Notes: a model not told the origin generated them from the letters alone. 63,969 nt of DNA, filler included, from an uncultured bacterium (GCA_964543115.1; 3 parts of 3 records of this genome joined end to end with filler, not necessarily neighbours in it), one strand, 5' to 3'. Counted from the whole stretch's first letter, positions 1 through 10,675 are shown. Program-made: numbers and translations.

Positions 1-1326
1 GTGGGCGCGAGTCTGGTGGGCGTAATCTATATCCTTGATGAGCCGAGTATCGGGCTGCATCAAAGGGATAACCAGAAATTACTCAATACCCTGTGCCGGC
101 TGCGGGATATGGGTAATTCCGTTGTTGTTGTGGAACATGATGAAGCGACTATCAGGGCGGCTGATTATATCGTTGATTTAGGGCCGGGCGCCGGGATTAC
201 CGGCGGTTATGTTGTGGCTCGGGGGAAATTAGCGGAGATTATTAATTGTAAGAAGTCTTTAACCGGGAAGTATCTTACGGGTGAATTGAAGATACCGGTG
301 CCGCGAAAGAGGAAGGCGGGCAACGCCGATTGTGTACTGGAAATTACCGGGGTAAAGACCAATAACCTGAAAAATATAGATGTAGAGTTTCCGCTGGGGC
401 TTTTTATCTGTGTTACCGGCGTCAGCGGGTCCGGGAAGAGTTCACTGGTGAATGATACCCTCTACCGGGCCTTAAGCAAGTTGCTCTATAAATCAAAACT
501 AAAGCCGGGTGAATATGGACAGATTAACGGACTGGAGAACATTGATAAGGTAATTGTTATTGATCAGTCACCAATCGGCCGTACGCCGCGGTCCAATCCG
601 GCTACTTATACCGGTCTGTTTACCTATATGAGGGATCTTTTCAGTCAGTTACCGGAAGCGAAGATGCGCGGGTACGGTCCGGGAAGGTTTAGCTTTAATG
701 TGAAAGGCGGCCGGTGTGATGCCTGCGGGGGTGACGGGATCATTAAGATCGAAATGCATTTCCTGCCGGATGTCTATGTGCAGTGTGAGGTGTGTAAGGG
801 TAAACGGTATAACAGAGAAACGTTAGAGGTTCGTTATAAAGGAAAAAGTATCGCTGAAGTGTTGGAGAGCACCGTTAGTGAGGCGTTGGAGCATTTTAAG
901 CATATCCCGGCGATCAGGGATAAACTGCAGACTCTAAGTGATGTTGGCCTGGGTTATATTCATCTGGGGCAGTCGGCAACCACTCTTTCCGGCGGTGAGG
1001 CCCAGCGGATTAAACTGACCAGGGAACTGAGCCGGCAGGCTACGGGCCGGACGCTCTATATTCTGGATGAACCGACAACCGGGTTGCATTTTGCTGATGT
1101 AGAAAAGTTATTAGATGTTCTTCAGCGGCTGCGTGATGCCGGTAATACAATAATTGTTGTTGAGCATAACCTGGATGTGCTTAAAACAGCCGATCATATT
1201 ATTGACCTCGGGCCGGAAGGGGGAGTGGAGGGCGGTTATATTGTTGCTGCCGGAACTCCCGAGCGGATCGCCGCAACAAAAAAATCTCATACCGGTAAGT
1301 TCCTGCAGAAAGTTCTCTCAAGTTAA
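1..1326 (+). CDS. uvrA: Excinuclease ABC subunit A, C-terminal part (5'-truncated by the window)
   Basis: [11 protein letters not shown]alker B, GVSGSGKS Walker A, CxxC zinc finger (CDACGG...CEVCKG), LSGGEAQR signature; canonical UvrA text. Confidence 0.97.
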   Translation: MGASLVGVIYILDEPSIGLHQRDNQKLLNTLCRLRDMGNSVVVVEHDEATIRAADYIVDLGPGAGITGGYVVARGKLAEIINCKKSLTGKYLTGELKIPVPRKRKAGNADCVLEITGVKTNNLKNIDVEFPLGLFICVTGVSGSGKSSLVNDTLYRALSKLLYKSKLKPGEYGQINGLENIDKVIVIDQSPIGRTPRSNPATYTGLFTYMRDLFSQLPEAKMRGYGPGRFSFNVKGGRCDACGGDGIIKIEMHFLPDVYVQCEVCKGKRYNRETLEVRYKGKSIAEVLESTVSEALEHFKHIPAIRDKLQTLSDVGLGYIHLGQSATTLSGGEAQRIKLTRELSRQATGRTLYILDEPTTGLHFADVEKLLDVLQRLRDAGNTIIVVEHNLDVLKTADHIIDLGPEGGVEGGYIVAAGTPERIAATKKSHTGKFLQKVLSS

Positions 1327-2429
1327 ACAGAAGCGCGTGCTGCTTTTAATTCATCTAACAAGCCCCGTAGGTGATAGCGGGCCTGGAGTGTGCCTTTCAT
1401 TTTCATTAATATTCTATAAAATGTCTTTTCCTGCAAGTCACTGTATTTGTTTGCTGCCTTGTCTAGATAGGGCAGAACAATGTTTAGCGGGCATTTTCCC
1501 TCCAAGCAAATAGTGTCAGCCAGTCGGTTGTAATTGACGTCTTTTTCATCGTTGAGCATCAAAAAACCAACAAAGGCCAAAAGCTGGAATTGGTGTCCCG
1601 GATCGTTTTTGTGCCGCTGGCGGAATATGTTTTTCAGATAGGTGAGGGTGTTTTTTCTGATATGATACCCTATTCTCCCTTTTGTTTTTTTAGCAATTTT
1701 AATCTGCCGGGCCAGGCTGAGGAAAATTCTCTCGCTGGGTGGGTAGCCTTTGGTTGCGGGTTGTTTTCCTTCCAGGCAAAGTTCGGCGCGATTGGCCATT
1801 GGGTGGCTGAATTCCAGAATAACTTCCGTAATGTTGTGGAGAATTGTTTGCTGCGCGGCCAGCGGGAGATTGTCTTTAGGTGCTAATCTTTTTGTTTCCC
1901 GATCATAATAGAAGAACTTTGTGCTGTTCAGAATAATAATGGCTTTTCCTGTTTTGTTATCTATTTTGCAGACAGCATCATGGACAAAACCAAAACGGTC
2001 GGTCAGTGCCTCTTGCGGGGCGAAGTGGATGCTGACGTTTGTATTGTTTCCGTTAAGAGCAGTGAGGAAACGGGGGAGATTAGTTCTATATAAGGCAGTG
2101 CTTAAAATAACGGGAATAAAGGAGTCAGCGATTAGATTGAATTTACCAAGGAAATCCGTTATTGTCCAAAGGTCATTATTTTTTTTTCGTAATCGGTGAA
2201 GAGCTGCCTGCTCAAATAAAGCGATAAATGTCCCTTCATCAAATTCTAGTCCCGGCAAGCGGGCGGCCCGGTATTTTGCAGTGTCTGTTCGGTTCAATAA
2301 AGATTGTCTAGCCAGCATGCTGTTGGTTGTGTCTATTGCCGGTAATTGAGGAGTAGATAATACAACTAGCAATAACACAGCAATGATCTTTGTTAACTTA
2401 TTTGTGGCTAGATTAATAGATGTATTCAT
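1323..2429 (-). CDS. Hypothetical secreted protein with a degenerate zincin-like motif
   Basis: Hydrophobic N-terminus ([18 protein letters not shown]); HNITE...HPMANRAE motif. Start moved to ATG 2429 because the ORF-track TTG at 2468 is the -35 box. Confidence 0.7.
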   Translation of the reverse strand: MNTSINLATNKLTKIIAVLLLVVLSTPQLPAIDTTNSMLARQSLLNRTDTAKYRAARLPGLEFDEGTFIALFEQAALHRLRKKNNDLWTITDFLGKFNLIADSFIPVILSTALYRTNLPRFLTALNGNNTNVSIHFAPQEALTDRFGFVHDAVCKIDNKTGKAIIILNSTKFFYYDRETKRLAPKDNLPLAAQQTILHNITEVILEFSHPMANRAELCLEGKQPATKGYPPSERIFLSLARQIKIAKKTKGRIGYHIRKNTLTYLKNIFRQRHKNDPGHQFQLLAFVGFLMLNDEKDVNYNRLADTICLEGKCPLNIVLPYLDKAANKYSDLQEKTFYRILMKMKGTLQARYHLRGLLDELKAARASV

Positions 2430-2440
2430 AAGGCTACTAC

Positions 2441-2468
2441 AATATAGCACAGAAAGGGTGGTTGTCAA
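2441..2468 (-). promoter_or_regulatory. Sigma70-type promoter
   Basis: TTGACA-16 nt-TATATT with TGn extension, 11 nt before ATG 2429. Confidence 0.6.
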
Positions 2469-2487
2469 TAGGGGGGTGGATCTTTTT

Positions 2488-2594
2488 TTAACTAGGGACA
2501 GCGACCAGTTAATTTTTTATAACTGGTCGCTGTCCCTAGTTAAGTTAATTGGTCGCTGTCCCTAGTTAAGTCGTCCCTAGTTAAGTCTAGTTAA
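2488..2594. repeat. 24-bp perfect inverted repeat followed by progressively truncated direct copies
   Basis: TTAACTAGGGACAGCGACCAGTTA (2488-2511) and its reverse complement (2520-2543); shortened copies at 2550-2571, 2573-2586 and 2587-2594. Confidence 0.9.
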
Positions 2595-2596
2595 AG

Positions 2597-4084
2597 TTAT
2601 ATTTTTAGTTTGCGGTCGAGGCGGTTACGGGAGATGCCGAGGATTTTAGCGGCTTTGGACTTGTTGCCGCTGGTGTTGGCCAGTACGCGGTCGATGTGCC
2701 ATTTCTCTACTGTTTCCAGGGACCATTCGGTGCTGGCTTCTTCGTTGTTGACTACCGCGGGGCGGCCGTGAATGATTTCTGTGGGCAGATGGTCCGGCAG
2801 TAATGTGTCGCCGCTGCCTAAGACTACGGCTCGTTCAATAACGTTTTTCAGTTCACGGATGTTTCCGGGCCAGGTGTAATTCAGCAGAAGCTCCATGGCC
2901 GGTGGAGCTATTTTGTCTATTGTCCGGCCGATTTCTTCGGAATAGAGTTTGAGATAGTATTTTGCCAGTTCCGGGATATCTTCCTGACGGTCACGCAGTG
3001 CCGGTACCGGGATTTCAATTACCTTTAACCGGTAGTAGAGATCTTCCCGGAATTTTCCTTCTTTGATCAGTGTGGGCAGGTCTTCATTGGAGGCGGCGAG
3101 AATACGGATATCAACGTTAATTAAATGATTTCCGCCTACGCGTTCAAATTCCCTTTCCTGTAAAACCCGCAGCAGCTTTATTTGGGTGGGCAGGGGGATG
3201 GCGCTGATTTCATCAAGGAACACTATGCCCCGGTGGGCCAGTTCGAATTTACCGATCTTTTTGGTGGTGGCGCCGGTAAAGGCTCCTTTCTCATGGCCGA
3301 AAAGCTCGCTTTCCAGTAAAGTTTCTGTCAAAATGGCACAGGTGACACAGGTAAAGGGGTAGCTTTTACGTTTACTTTTTTCATGGATCTTACGGGCAAT
3401 AATTTCTTTACCCACACCGGTTTCACCGGTGATCAGCAGGGTGGAATCGGTGGGGCTTACCTTTTCTATCAGTTCCAGTACGGTCTTGGCGCCGGAACTT
3501 TTTTTGCCGACAAATTCCGGACTGAGATGCAGGACGTCTTTTAATTGTTCGTACTCTTTGCCCAGGGCCTGATGCATGCGGGCGTTATCAATAGCGATAG
3601 CGGCTTGCTGAGCGATTCCCAGGAGCAGCTGGATATCGTTTTCGCTGAAGCTGCCGCTGATTTTGTTTATTACTTCAATTACTCCAATCACTTTTTCTTT
3701 TAATTTCAAGGGCACACAAAGAATGGATTTAGTGGGAAAATCAATGGATTCGCTGATGTCTTTACGGAAATGAGGATCCTTTGTGACGTCATTGACCAGA
3801 ACTGTTTCTCCGGTTTTTGCCACGGTACCGGCAATTCCTTCTCCCAGCTTTAGGGTAAACTGGGCCATTTCTTTCTGGCGTTCTCCGGTAGCTGTCTTAA
3901 AAAATAGACGATTGCCGGGTTCGTCAACCAGTAGCAGTGAACTGGCTTCCACTTCCAGGATCTTGTTTGTCAGGTCCATTACTTTTTCCAGTACCTGGTT
4001 GGGGTCAAGAGAGGAGTTAATGATAGCAGCTACTTCTACTAACTGACTCAATTGTTCTTTGGTAAGGGCATTTTCCGTATTCAT
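2597..4084 (-). CDS. GAF-domain sigma54-dependent transcriptional activator (Fis-type HTH)
   Basis: N-terminal GAF, GETGVGKE Walker A, intact GAFTGA loop, FLDEI Walker B, WPGNIREL, C-terminal HTH. Confidence 0.95.
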   Translation of the reverse strand: MNTENALTKEQLSQLVEVAAIINSSLDPNQVLEKVMDLTNKILEVEASSLLLVDEPGNRLFFKTATGERQKEMAQFTLKLGEGIAGTVAKTGETVLVNDVTKDPHFRKDISESIDFPTKSILCVPLKLKEKVIGVIEVINKISGSFSENDIQLLLGIAQQAAIAIDNARMHQALGKEYEQLKDVLHLSPEFVGKKSSGAKTVLELIEKVSPTDSTLLITGETGVGKEIIARKIHEKSKRKSYPFTCVTCAILTETLLESELFGHEKGAFTGATTKKIGKFELAHRGIVFLDEISAIPLPTQIKLLRVLQEREFERVGGNHLINVDIRILAASNEDLPTLIKEGKFREDLYYRLKVIEIPVPALRDRQEDIPELAKYYLKLYSEEIGRTIDKIAPPAMELLLNYTWPGNIRELKNVIERAVVLGSGDTLLPDHLPTEIIHGRPAVVNNEEASTEWSLETVEKWHIDRVLANTSGNKSKAAKILGISRNRLDRKLKI

Positions 4085-4358
4085 AATGCTCCATTATAGA
4101 ACAAATGCGATTTATGGTAAAGAGGAATAAAATAGATTTTTTAGATACTGGCAGGGGATAGTAGCGGCATGTTGAACGGCTCCATCGTAAAGTCTCTAAA
4201 AGTGATAATTTTCCCTTGTTTAGATATAAATCTTATGAGGTAATTACAACAATCTGTCAATACCCTGCATTTAATAGTTGTATTAAATATTAAGTTAATG
4301 TTAAACTATAAAATTATTAATATTAATATAAACAAATACCTTAACTGGGAGGTGGGTG

Positions 4359-5255
4359 ATGATGGTGAAAGATGTTGTGTTGAAGACTGAGTTGGCGGGG
4401 ATTTCTTTGTTTAAGTCCGGTAAGGTCAGAGAGGTATATGATCTGGGAGATAAGCTGTTGTTGGTGGCTACTGACCGGATCAGTGCTTTTGACTGTATCC
4501 TGCCGAACGGCATTCCGTTTAAGGGTAAAGTGTTAACTGGGGTGTCGGTGTTCTGGTTTGGGCTGATTAAAGATATTGTGCCTAATCATTTGATTTCGGC
4601 TGAGGTAGGGGAATTTCCCCAGGAATTGCAGCCGTTTAAGGATGTGTTGGCGGGGAGGTCAATGCTGGTGCGTAAAACGCAGCCGTTGCCGATTGAATGT
4701 GTTGTGCGCGGGTATTTGGCTGGTTCCGGCTGGAAGGAATATAAGAAGTCCCAGAGTATTTGCGGGATCTCTCTGCCGGCTGGGTTAAAACAGGCGGAGA
4801 AATTACCGGAGCCGATATTTACACCGGCAACTAAGGCGGAAAGCGGGCATGATGAGAATATTAATGAACAAACCTGTATTGAGCTGGTGGGGCAGGAACG
4901 GTTCCAGCAGGTGAAAGAAATAAGTATCCAGATTTATAAAAAGGCGCATGAATATGCCTGGGAACGAGGAATAATTATTGCGGATACGAAATTTGAGTTT
5001 GGGATTTTAGACGATAAAATAATCCTTATCGATGAAGTTTTAACTCCTGATTCTTCCCGGTTCTGGGATAGAAAAGAGTACCGGACAGGTGAGTCACCGA
5101 AAAATTTTGATAAGCAATTCGTTCGTGATTATCTGGAAAGTCTTCCCGATTGGGATAAAACACCGCCGGCGCCGGAACTGCCGCAGGAAATAATCCAGAA
5201 AACCAGTGAGCGGTATCAGCAGGCCTATGAACATCTTGCCGGGAAAAAGTTATGA
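4359..5255 (+). CDS. purC: SAICAR synthase
   Basis: SGKVREVY, VATDRISAFD, ECVVRGYLAGS, IADTKFEFG, DEVLTPDSSRFW; GGAGGT RBS upstream. Confidence 0.97.
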   Translation: MMVKDVVLKTELAGISLFKSGKVREVYDLGDKLLLVATDRISAFDCILPNGIPFKGKVLTGVSVFWFGLIKDIVPNHLISAEVGEFPQELQPFKDVLAGRSMLVRKTQPLPIECVVRGYLAGSGWKEYKKSQSICGISLPAGLKQAEKLPEPIFTPATKAESGHDENINEQTCIELVGQERFQQVKEISIQIYKKAHEYAWERGIIIADTKFEFGILDDKIILIDEVLTPDSSRFWDRKEYRTGESPKNFDKQFVRDYLESLPDWDKTPPAPELPQEIIQKTSERYQQAYEHLAGKKL

Positions 5256-5860
5256 TCGTTAAGGATATTACGGTCAAAATTCCCCGGGAGGAAGTTTATC
5301 GTTTGCTCAAGTATGATAAGAAGTCGACCAGGGTGGACGAACGCACGGAAAAGTTAATTGAGCATCTGCTTGAGGAAGGCCGCAGGCTGGCTGAGCCGCA
5401 GGCGATTTATCGTGATTTTTTTGTGCGGAATATGACGGAGCACGCGGTTGTGCTGGAGGGGGCAAGTTATGACTTGCTGGGTGCCAGTACGGTGCACCGG
5501 CTCTGGAACTCTAAGAAAGTGACGCTCCTGGTTGTTACTATCGGGACTAAGCTGGAAAAACGGATTAAAGAGTTAACGGAGCAGGCGAGTTTGAGTAACG
5601 CGGCTATTCTTGACGCGGTAGGGTCGGTAGCGGTAGAGTCAGTGGTTAGTCATGTTAATGGATTGGCTGAGCAGCGGGCCCGCGAGGCAGGGTTTCGGAC
5701 GACTAAAAGGTTCAGTCCCGGTTACGGTGATTGGCCGCTTAAGGAACAGAAGGGGCTTTTGAATTTGTTACAGGCTTCCCGGATAGGGGTGAGTCTGAAT
5801 TCCTCCCACCAGATGCAGCCGCAAAAATCTGTTTCTGCCGCCCTTGGTTGGATAAAATAA
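5252..5860 (+). CDS. Stand-alone methionine synthase reactivation (AdoMet-binding) domain
   Basis: TIG..LE, DAVGS.AVE, RFSPGYGDW, P.KSVSA motifs; directly upstream of a metH that lacks this domain. Confidence 0.88.
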   Translation: MIVKDITVKIPREEVYRLLKYDKKSTRVDERTEKLIEHLLEEGRRLAEPQAIYRDFFVRNMTEHAVVLEGASYDLLGASTVHRLWNSKKVTLLVVTIGTKLEKRIKELTEQASLSNAAILDAVGSVAVESVVSHVNGLAEQRAREAGFRTTKRFSPGYGDWPLKEQKGLLNLLQASRIGVSLNSSHQMQPQKSVSAALGWIK

Positions 5861-5949
5861 TAAACAGAATTTGAGCATTCCACGCTGGATATTTCAGGCA
5901 GAAGGCGAGTAAAGCTCGTCTTCCTGCCTGGATTTGATTTGGGATTGAT

Positions 5950-8328
5950 ATGGAACAAATACTTAATAAATTAAAAAAACGGGTATTGGTGTATGACGGG
6001 GCGATGGGTACGATGTTGCAGGAGCGAGGCCTCAAACCGGGGCAGGTGCCGGAAGAATGGAATCTGTTACGGCCGGAGGAGATTGTCCGGGTACACCAGG
6101 CTTATTTTAAGGCGGGTGCGGATATTGTTGAAACTAATACGTTTGGGGGAAATCCGTTAACCCTGAAAAAGAGCGGATTGGCCGGTAAATGTGCGGCAAT
6201 TAATAGTCAGGCGGTGAAGCTGGCCCGGCAGGCAGCAGGAGGTAAAGGGTATGTGGCCGCTTCCGTAGGGCCGTTGCCGGAAATGGTTAGTCCGTTAGGG
6301 AATCTTGGTTTTACTGATACTCTGAATATATTTAAAGAACAAATCAAAGCTCTGGCTTCTGCTAAACCGGATTTAATTCTTTTCGAAACGTTTTCCGATA
6401 TCAAAGAATTAAAAATAGCGGTTATTGCGGCCCGGGAAGTATGTAAGATTCCCATTCAGGCGCAATTGACTTACGCTCTTGGTGGGCGCACGATCAGCGG
6501 GACACCGCCGGAAGTGGCGGCAGTTGTGTTGGAAGGATTAGGTGTGGAGATAATCGGGGCCAATTGCAGTCTGGGGCCGGAAGAGCTTTTACCAATCATG
6601 AAACAATTGGCGCGGGTTGTTTCCCCGAAAACGTTTCTTTCCCTTTTGCCTAATGCCGGACTGCCGGAGATGATCGACGGTGCTACCTGTTACCAGCTTA
6701 GTCCGAAACAATTGGCTGCCTATAGCAGGAAGTTCCAGCAGATTGGTATTAATCTAATCGGCGGATGCTGCGGGACAACACCGGCTCATATTAAGGAAAT
6801 CGCTAAGACGGTAAAAAACAAAAAGACAATAAGAAGGAAGGCCAGAAAGAAATATCTTACTCTTGCCAGCCGCACACGTGTCCTGGAGTTGGATCCCTCA
6901 GGCAGGCCGTTCCTTATCGGGGAACGGATTAATCCCACCCGGAGAAAGGCTTTGCAGGAAGAGTTTCGCAGCGGGAGCAGCGCTTTATTGCGGGAAGAGG
7001 CGTTAAAGCAGGTGCATAACGGCGCGCATCTTCTTGATGTTAATGTGGGGATGCCGGGAATTAATGAGCCGGAAGTGATGCGGCGGGTGCTGGCGGTGGT
7101 GGAGCAGACAACGGATGTTCCGCTGGTGATTGATTCTAACAGTGCGCAGACGCTGACAGCCGGTCTGCAGGAATGTGCAGGTAAACCGCTGGTGAATTCT
7201 GTTAACGGGGAAAATAAAAAAACGCGGCTGTTATTGCCGCTGGTAAAAAAATACGGCGCGGCGCTGATTGCCCTGACTATAGACGATAAGGGTATTCCAA
7301 AAACTGCCGGCGGCCGGCTGGAGGTTGCCCGGAAGATTATGCGGGAAGCGGGCAGGTTGGGAATAAAAAGAGAAGATGTTATTGTTGATCTGTTAACTCT
7401 GGCGGTGGGGGCGGAGCCGAAAAGCGCGGAAATTACCCTGGAGGCGCTGCGCCAGGCGGAGCGTTTGGGGTGGCAGACGTCCCTGGGGGTAAGTAATATT
7501 TCTTTTGGGCTGCCTAATCGCGCGGCAGTAAACAGTACGTTTTTGGTTATGGCCCTGCGGGCAGGATTGACGGCGGCGATTGTTAATCCCCTTGATCCTA
7601 AGCTGCAGGAAACTGTTTTGGCTTGGGCAGCGCTGACGGCGAAGGGGTTTGTTTTGCCGCAGATGAAAACAGATATAAAGATTCCCCGCGTGTTTGAACA
7701 TGAAAATAAACAGCGGTTATATGAGTGTATTTTAAGCGGCGACAAAGACAATGTTGTTGGTTTCCTGAATAGATGTCTGCAGGCGGGTGAACAGGGTTTA
7801 AAGATCAATCAACAGATTCTCATTCCTGCCCTGGAAGAGGTTGGCCGGCGCTATGAAAAGAAGGAATATTTTCTGCCCCAGTTGTTGTTGGCGGCGGAGG
7901 CCATGCAGAAAGCTGTAGCGATATTGGAAAAAACCCTCTCGCCGGAAGAGCGGGAAGGGCGGGCCAGGATTCTGCTGGCTACGGTAAAAGGGGATTTACA
8001 CGATATTGGTAAAAATATTGTTGCGGCTGTGCTGCGTAATTACGGTTATCAGGTGATTGATTTAGGTAAGGACGTGTCTGCCGGCAGGATTGTAGCTGCT
8101 GCTAAGGAAAAACAGGCGGATATTATCGGGCTTTCTTCTTTAATGACCACTACGATGGGGCAGATGGAAGTGGTTCTTAAGGAGCTGCGGAAGCGGTCGT
8201 TGAAAATTCCTGTGTTGATCGGCGGAGCGGTTGTCTCGGAATCCTATGCGAAAAGGATCGGGGCAATTTATGCGAAGGACGCGGTGACGACGGTGGCGGC
8301 GGTTAAGAAAACACTAACTAAAGTCTAA
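5950..8328 (+). CDS. metH: Cobalamin-dependent methionine synthase (Hcy-binding, pterin-binding and B12-binding domains)
   Basis: DGAMGT, GANCS and GGCCG zinc ligands, IGERINPT, DLHDIGKNIV B12 motif; no C-terminal activation domain. Confidence 0.93.
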   Translation: MEQILNKLKKRVLVYDGAMGTMLQERGLKPGQVPEEWNLLRPEEIVRVHQAYFKAGADIVETNTFGGNPLTLKKSGLAGKCAAINSQAVKLARQAAGGKGYVAASVGPLPEMVSPLGNLGFTDTLNIFKEQIKALASAKPDLILFETFSDIKELKIAVIAAREVCKIPIQAQLTYALGGRTISGTPPEVAAVVLEGLGVEIIGANCSLGPEELLPIMKQLARVVSPKTFLSLLPNAGLPEMIDGATCYQLSPKQLAAYSRKFQQIGINLIGGCCGTTPAHIKEIAKTVKNKKTIRRKARKKYLTLASRTRVLELDPSGRPFLIGERINPTRRKALQEEFRSGSSALLREEALKQVHNGAHLLDVNVGMPGINEPEVMRRVLAVVEQTTDVPLVIDSNSAQTLTAGLQECAGKPLVNSVNGENKKTRLLLPLVKKYGAALIALTIDDKGIPKTAGGRLEVARKIMREAGRLGIKREDVIVDLLTLAVGAEPKSAEITLEALRQAERLGWQTSLGVSNISFGLPNRAAVNSTFLVMALRAGLTAAIVNPLDPKLQETVLAWAALTAKGFVLPQMKTDIKIPRVFEHENKQRLYECILSGDKDNVVGFLNRCLQAGEQGLKINQQILIPALEEVGRRYEKKEYFLPQLLLAAEAMQKAVAILEKTLSPEEREGRARILLATVKGDLHDIGKNIVAAVLRNYGYQVIDLGKDVSAGRIVAAAKEKQADIIGLSSLMTTTMGQMEVVLKELRKRSLKIPVLIGGAVVSESYAKRIGAIYAKDAVTTVAAVKKTLTKV

Positions 8329-8329
8329 G

Positions 8330-9688
8330 ATGAATTACAGAGTTATTGAGCAGCCAAATTATACCCCGCAGGAAGTTTTTCAATTGTTGTACCGCCGCGG
8401 GACGAGCTGTTTGTTGGAAAGCGCTTCCCGGCATTCCCGTACCGGAAGATATTCTATTGTGGCTACTGAACCGGATTTTGTTTTCCGCAGCTGGGGTAAT
8501 AAGATCCAGATAGATGAGCAGCCGCCGGAGACGGGTGATCCGCTTCTCCGGTTGAGGGAGTTGCTGGGCCGGCGGCCGGCGGAAGTGGCTTTGCCGGATT
8601 TGCCTCTGGCCGGTGGAGGAGCGATTGGGTATCTGGGCTATGATAGCGTAAGATTGTGGGAAGATATCGGTAACCGGGTGGTCAAGGATATTAAGGATAT
8701 TGCTGTTCCCGATATATATTTACTTTTCTATAGTAAGTTGATTGTTTTTGACCATATTCTGGGTAAAGTATTTCTTGTTGGTTATGAAGAATTGCCCGCG
8801 GCAGTGGACGGGCCCGCGGAAAGGATAAGTGGTGCCCTCGGCCATATTCGGCCGGCTTTGAGTAAAGAGGCTTTTGAGGAGATGGTTCTGGCCGCTAAAG
8901 AGTATATTGCTGCCGGGGATATTTATCAGGCAAATATCAGTCAGCGGCTGGAGGTAGAAAGTGAAGCCAGCGGCTGGTCATTATATAAAAAGCTGCAGTT
9001 GATTAATCCCTCGCCTTTAGCCTGTTATCTGGATCTGCAGGGACTGGAGGTTATCAGCTGTAGTCCGGAAAGGTTAGTTAAGGTAGAAGGGAAGGTGCTC
9101 CAGACCAGGCCGATTGCCGGTACTTATCCGCGGAGTAAAAATGTTTCTGAAGATCGTGACCTTGCCCGGCGGCTGGTTGTTAATCCCAAGGAACGTGCCG
9201 AACATATTATGCTGGTTGACCTGGAGCGTAATGATCTGGGCAGGGTGTCCCGCTACGGGACGGTGCGGGTGGATGAATTGATGGCGGTGGAGACGTATTC
9301 CCATGTCCACCACATTGTTTCAAATGTGCAGGGTGTTTTACGGGAAGATGTCGATCAGGTTGATGTTATTAAGGCCTTGTTTCCGGGGGGGACGATTACC
9401 GGTTGTCCGAAAATAAGGTGTATGCAGATTATTGATGAATTGGAACCTCTCAGGAGAAATATCTATACCGGTTCTGTCGGGTTTCTGGAATATTCCGGTA
9501 ACCTGGATCTGAATATTGTTATCCGGACTATCCAGAAAATAGATAAGCGGTTATTGTTCCAGGTAGGGGCGGGGATCGTCGCAGATTCTGTTCCGGAACG
9601 TGAATATTATGAAACGTTACATAAAGCAGGAGCGTTAATTGAGGCAGTAAAGGACGGCGCTGGAGTGCCGAGGAAAATATGGATCTGA
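8330..9688 (+). CDS. pabB: Aminodeoxychorismate synthase component I (anthranilate synthase I family)
   Basis: CLLES, GDIYQANISQR, SPERL, RPIAGT, EHIMLVDLERNDLGR, FPGGTITGCPK; the SITGxPK-type variant and adjacent class IV enzyme favour PabB over TrpE. Confidence 0.8.
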   Translation: MNYRVIEQPNYTPQEVFQLLYRRGTSCLLESASRHSRTGRYSIVATEPDFVFRSWGNKIQIDEQPPETGDPLLRLRELLGRRPAEVALPDLPLAGGGAIGYLGYDSVRLWEDIGNRVVKDIKDIAVPDIYLLFYSKLIVFDHILGKVFLVGYEELPAAVDGPAERISGALGHIRPALSKEAFEEMVLAAKEYIAAGDIYQANISQRLEVESEASGWSLYKKLQLINPSPLACYLDLQGLEVISCSPERLVKVEGKVLQTRPIAGTYPRSKNVSEDRDLARRLVVNPKERAEHIMLVDLERNDLGRVSRYGTVRVDELMAVETYSHVHHIVSNVQGVLREDVDQVDVIKALFPGGTITGCPKIRCMQIIDELEPLRRNIYTGSVGFLEYSGNLDLNIVIRTIQKIDKRLLFQVGAGIVADSVPEREYYETLHKAGALIEAVKDGAGVPRKIWI

Positions 9689-10566
9689 TAGTTTATCTAA
9701 ACGATAGTTTTGTTAAGGCAAATGAGGCAAAGATATCCATCTATGATCATGGATTCCTTTACGGGGAAGGAGTTTTTGAAACTTTGCGGGCCTATAAGGG
9801 GCATGTATTCAAATTTCAGAATCATATCCAAAGGATGTACCATTCATTGAGGCAGATAAGTATGGATCTGCCGTCTTCACCGCATATTATTTTGAAAACG
9901 ATCAAGCTGTTGCTGCACCATAATCAACTCACAGATGCCCGGATCAGATTGACGGTTACCCGCGGGGAAGGGCCGATCGGCCTGGATTATTCTTTGTGTC
10001 CCCGGCCCACTGTGCTGATGCTGGCTGAACCAATCGGGCGTTACCCGACGAGCTGGTATCTTCAGGGGATAGCGGCGGTTATTGTTACCCAGCGCAGAGT
10101 TCCGGCGGCCTGTATCTCACCGACAATTAAATCCGCTAATTATCTTGTTAATATTCTGGCTAAAAAAGAAGCTCTGGATAAGGGGGCCCAGGAAGGTATT
10201 ATGCTTAATATGGAAGGGTATCTGACTGAAGGGACGACGAGTAATGTTTTTCTCGTAAGAGGAAAAACACTTTTTACTCCGGCTCTTTCCAGCGGTATTC
10301 TCGGCGGGATCACCCGGGAGACGGTAATCGAACTGGCGGAAAGAAGGCATCTGGAAGTGATCCAGACGCATCTTTTGCCGCGCGATATCTTGGCCTCGGA
10401 TGAAGCTTTTCTTACCAATACGACAATGGAAATTATGCCGCTATGTTACTGTGATGGGACTAAAATCGGGCACGGTCAGCCGGGAAAAATTACACGGTTG
10501 TTGATGAAGGATTATAAGAGATTAGTCGAGAAAGCGATTCAGGAAGAGAAAGAGGTCAATGTGTAA
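9679..10566 (+). CDS. PLP-dependent aminotransferase class IV (PabC/IlvE-like)
   Basis: DHGFLYGEGVFET, catalytic lysine in IKSANY, EGTTSN, GILGGITR. Confidence 0.9.
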   Translation: MDLIVYLNDSFVKANEAKISIYDHGFLYGEGVFETLRAYKGHVFKFQNHIQRMYHSLRQISMDLPSSPHIILKTIKLLLHHNQLTDARIRLTVTRGEGPIGLDYSLCPRPTVLMLAEPIGRYPTSWYLQGIAAVIVTQRRVPAACISPTIKSANYLVNILAKKEALDKGAQEGIMLNMEGYLTEGTTSNVFLVRGKTLFTPALSSGILGGITRETVIELAERRHLEVIQTHLLPRDILASDEAFLTNTTMEIMPLCYCDGTKIGHGQPGKITRLLMKDYKRLVEKAIQEEKEVNV

Positions 10567-10590
10567 TTTAGGATTTCGGACAGGCTTTTT

Positions 10591-10626
10591 GCAGTCCCGA
10601 GTAGTTGGGATTGCGGATTTTTTTAA
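10591..10626 (+). terminator. Probable intrinsic terminator
   Basis: GCAGTCCCGA-GTAG-TTGGGATTGC stem with G-U pairs, followed shortly by a T-run. Confidence 0.6.
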
Positions 10627-10675
10627 CTTAGCATTTTTTACGCGAATTTCAAAATCTGTATTTTAAGAAAGGAAG

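Noticed and set aside
2488..2594. CRISPR array
   Set aside because: No unique spacers, unequal unit lengths, and no cas genes in the window
4085..4358. Sigma54 promoter, purine/B12/SAM riboswitch, or operator ATTTAATA-N4-TATTAAAT (4269-4288) upstream of purC-metH
   Set aside because: No GG-N10-GC with the right context and no riboswitch core motifs; the palindrome is expected by chance in very AT-rich DNA
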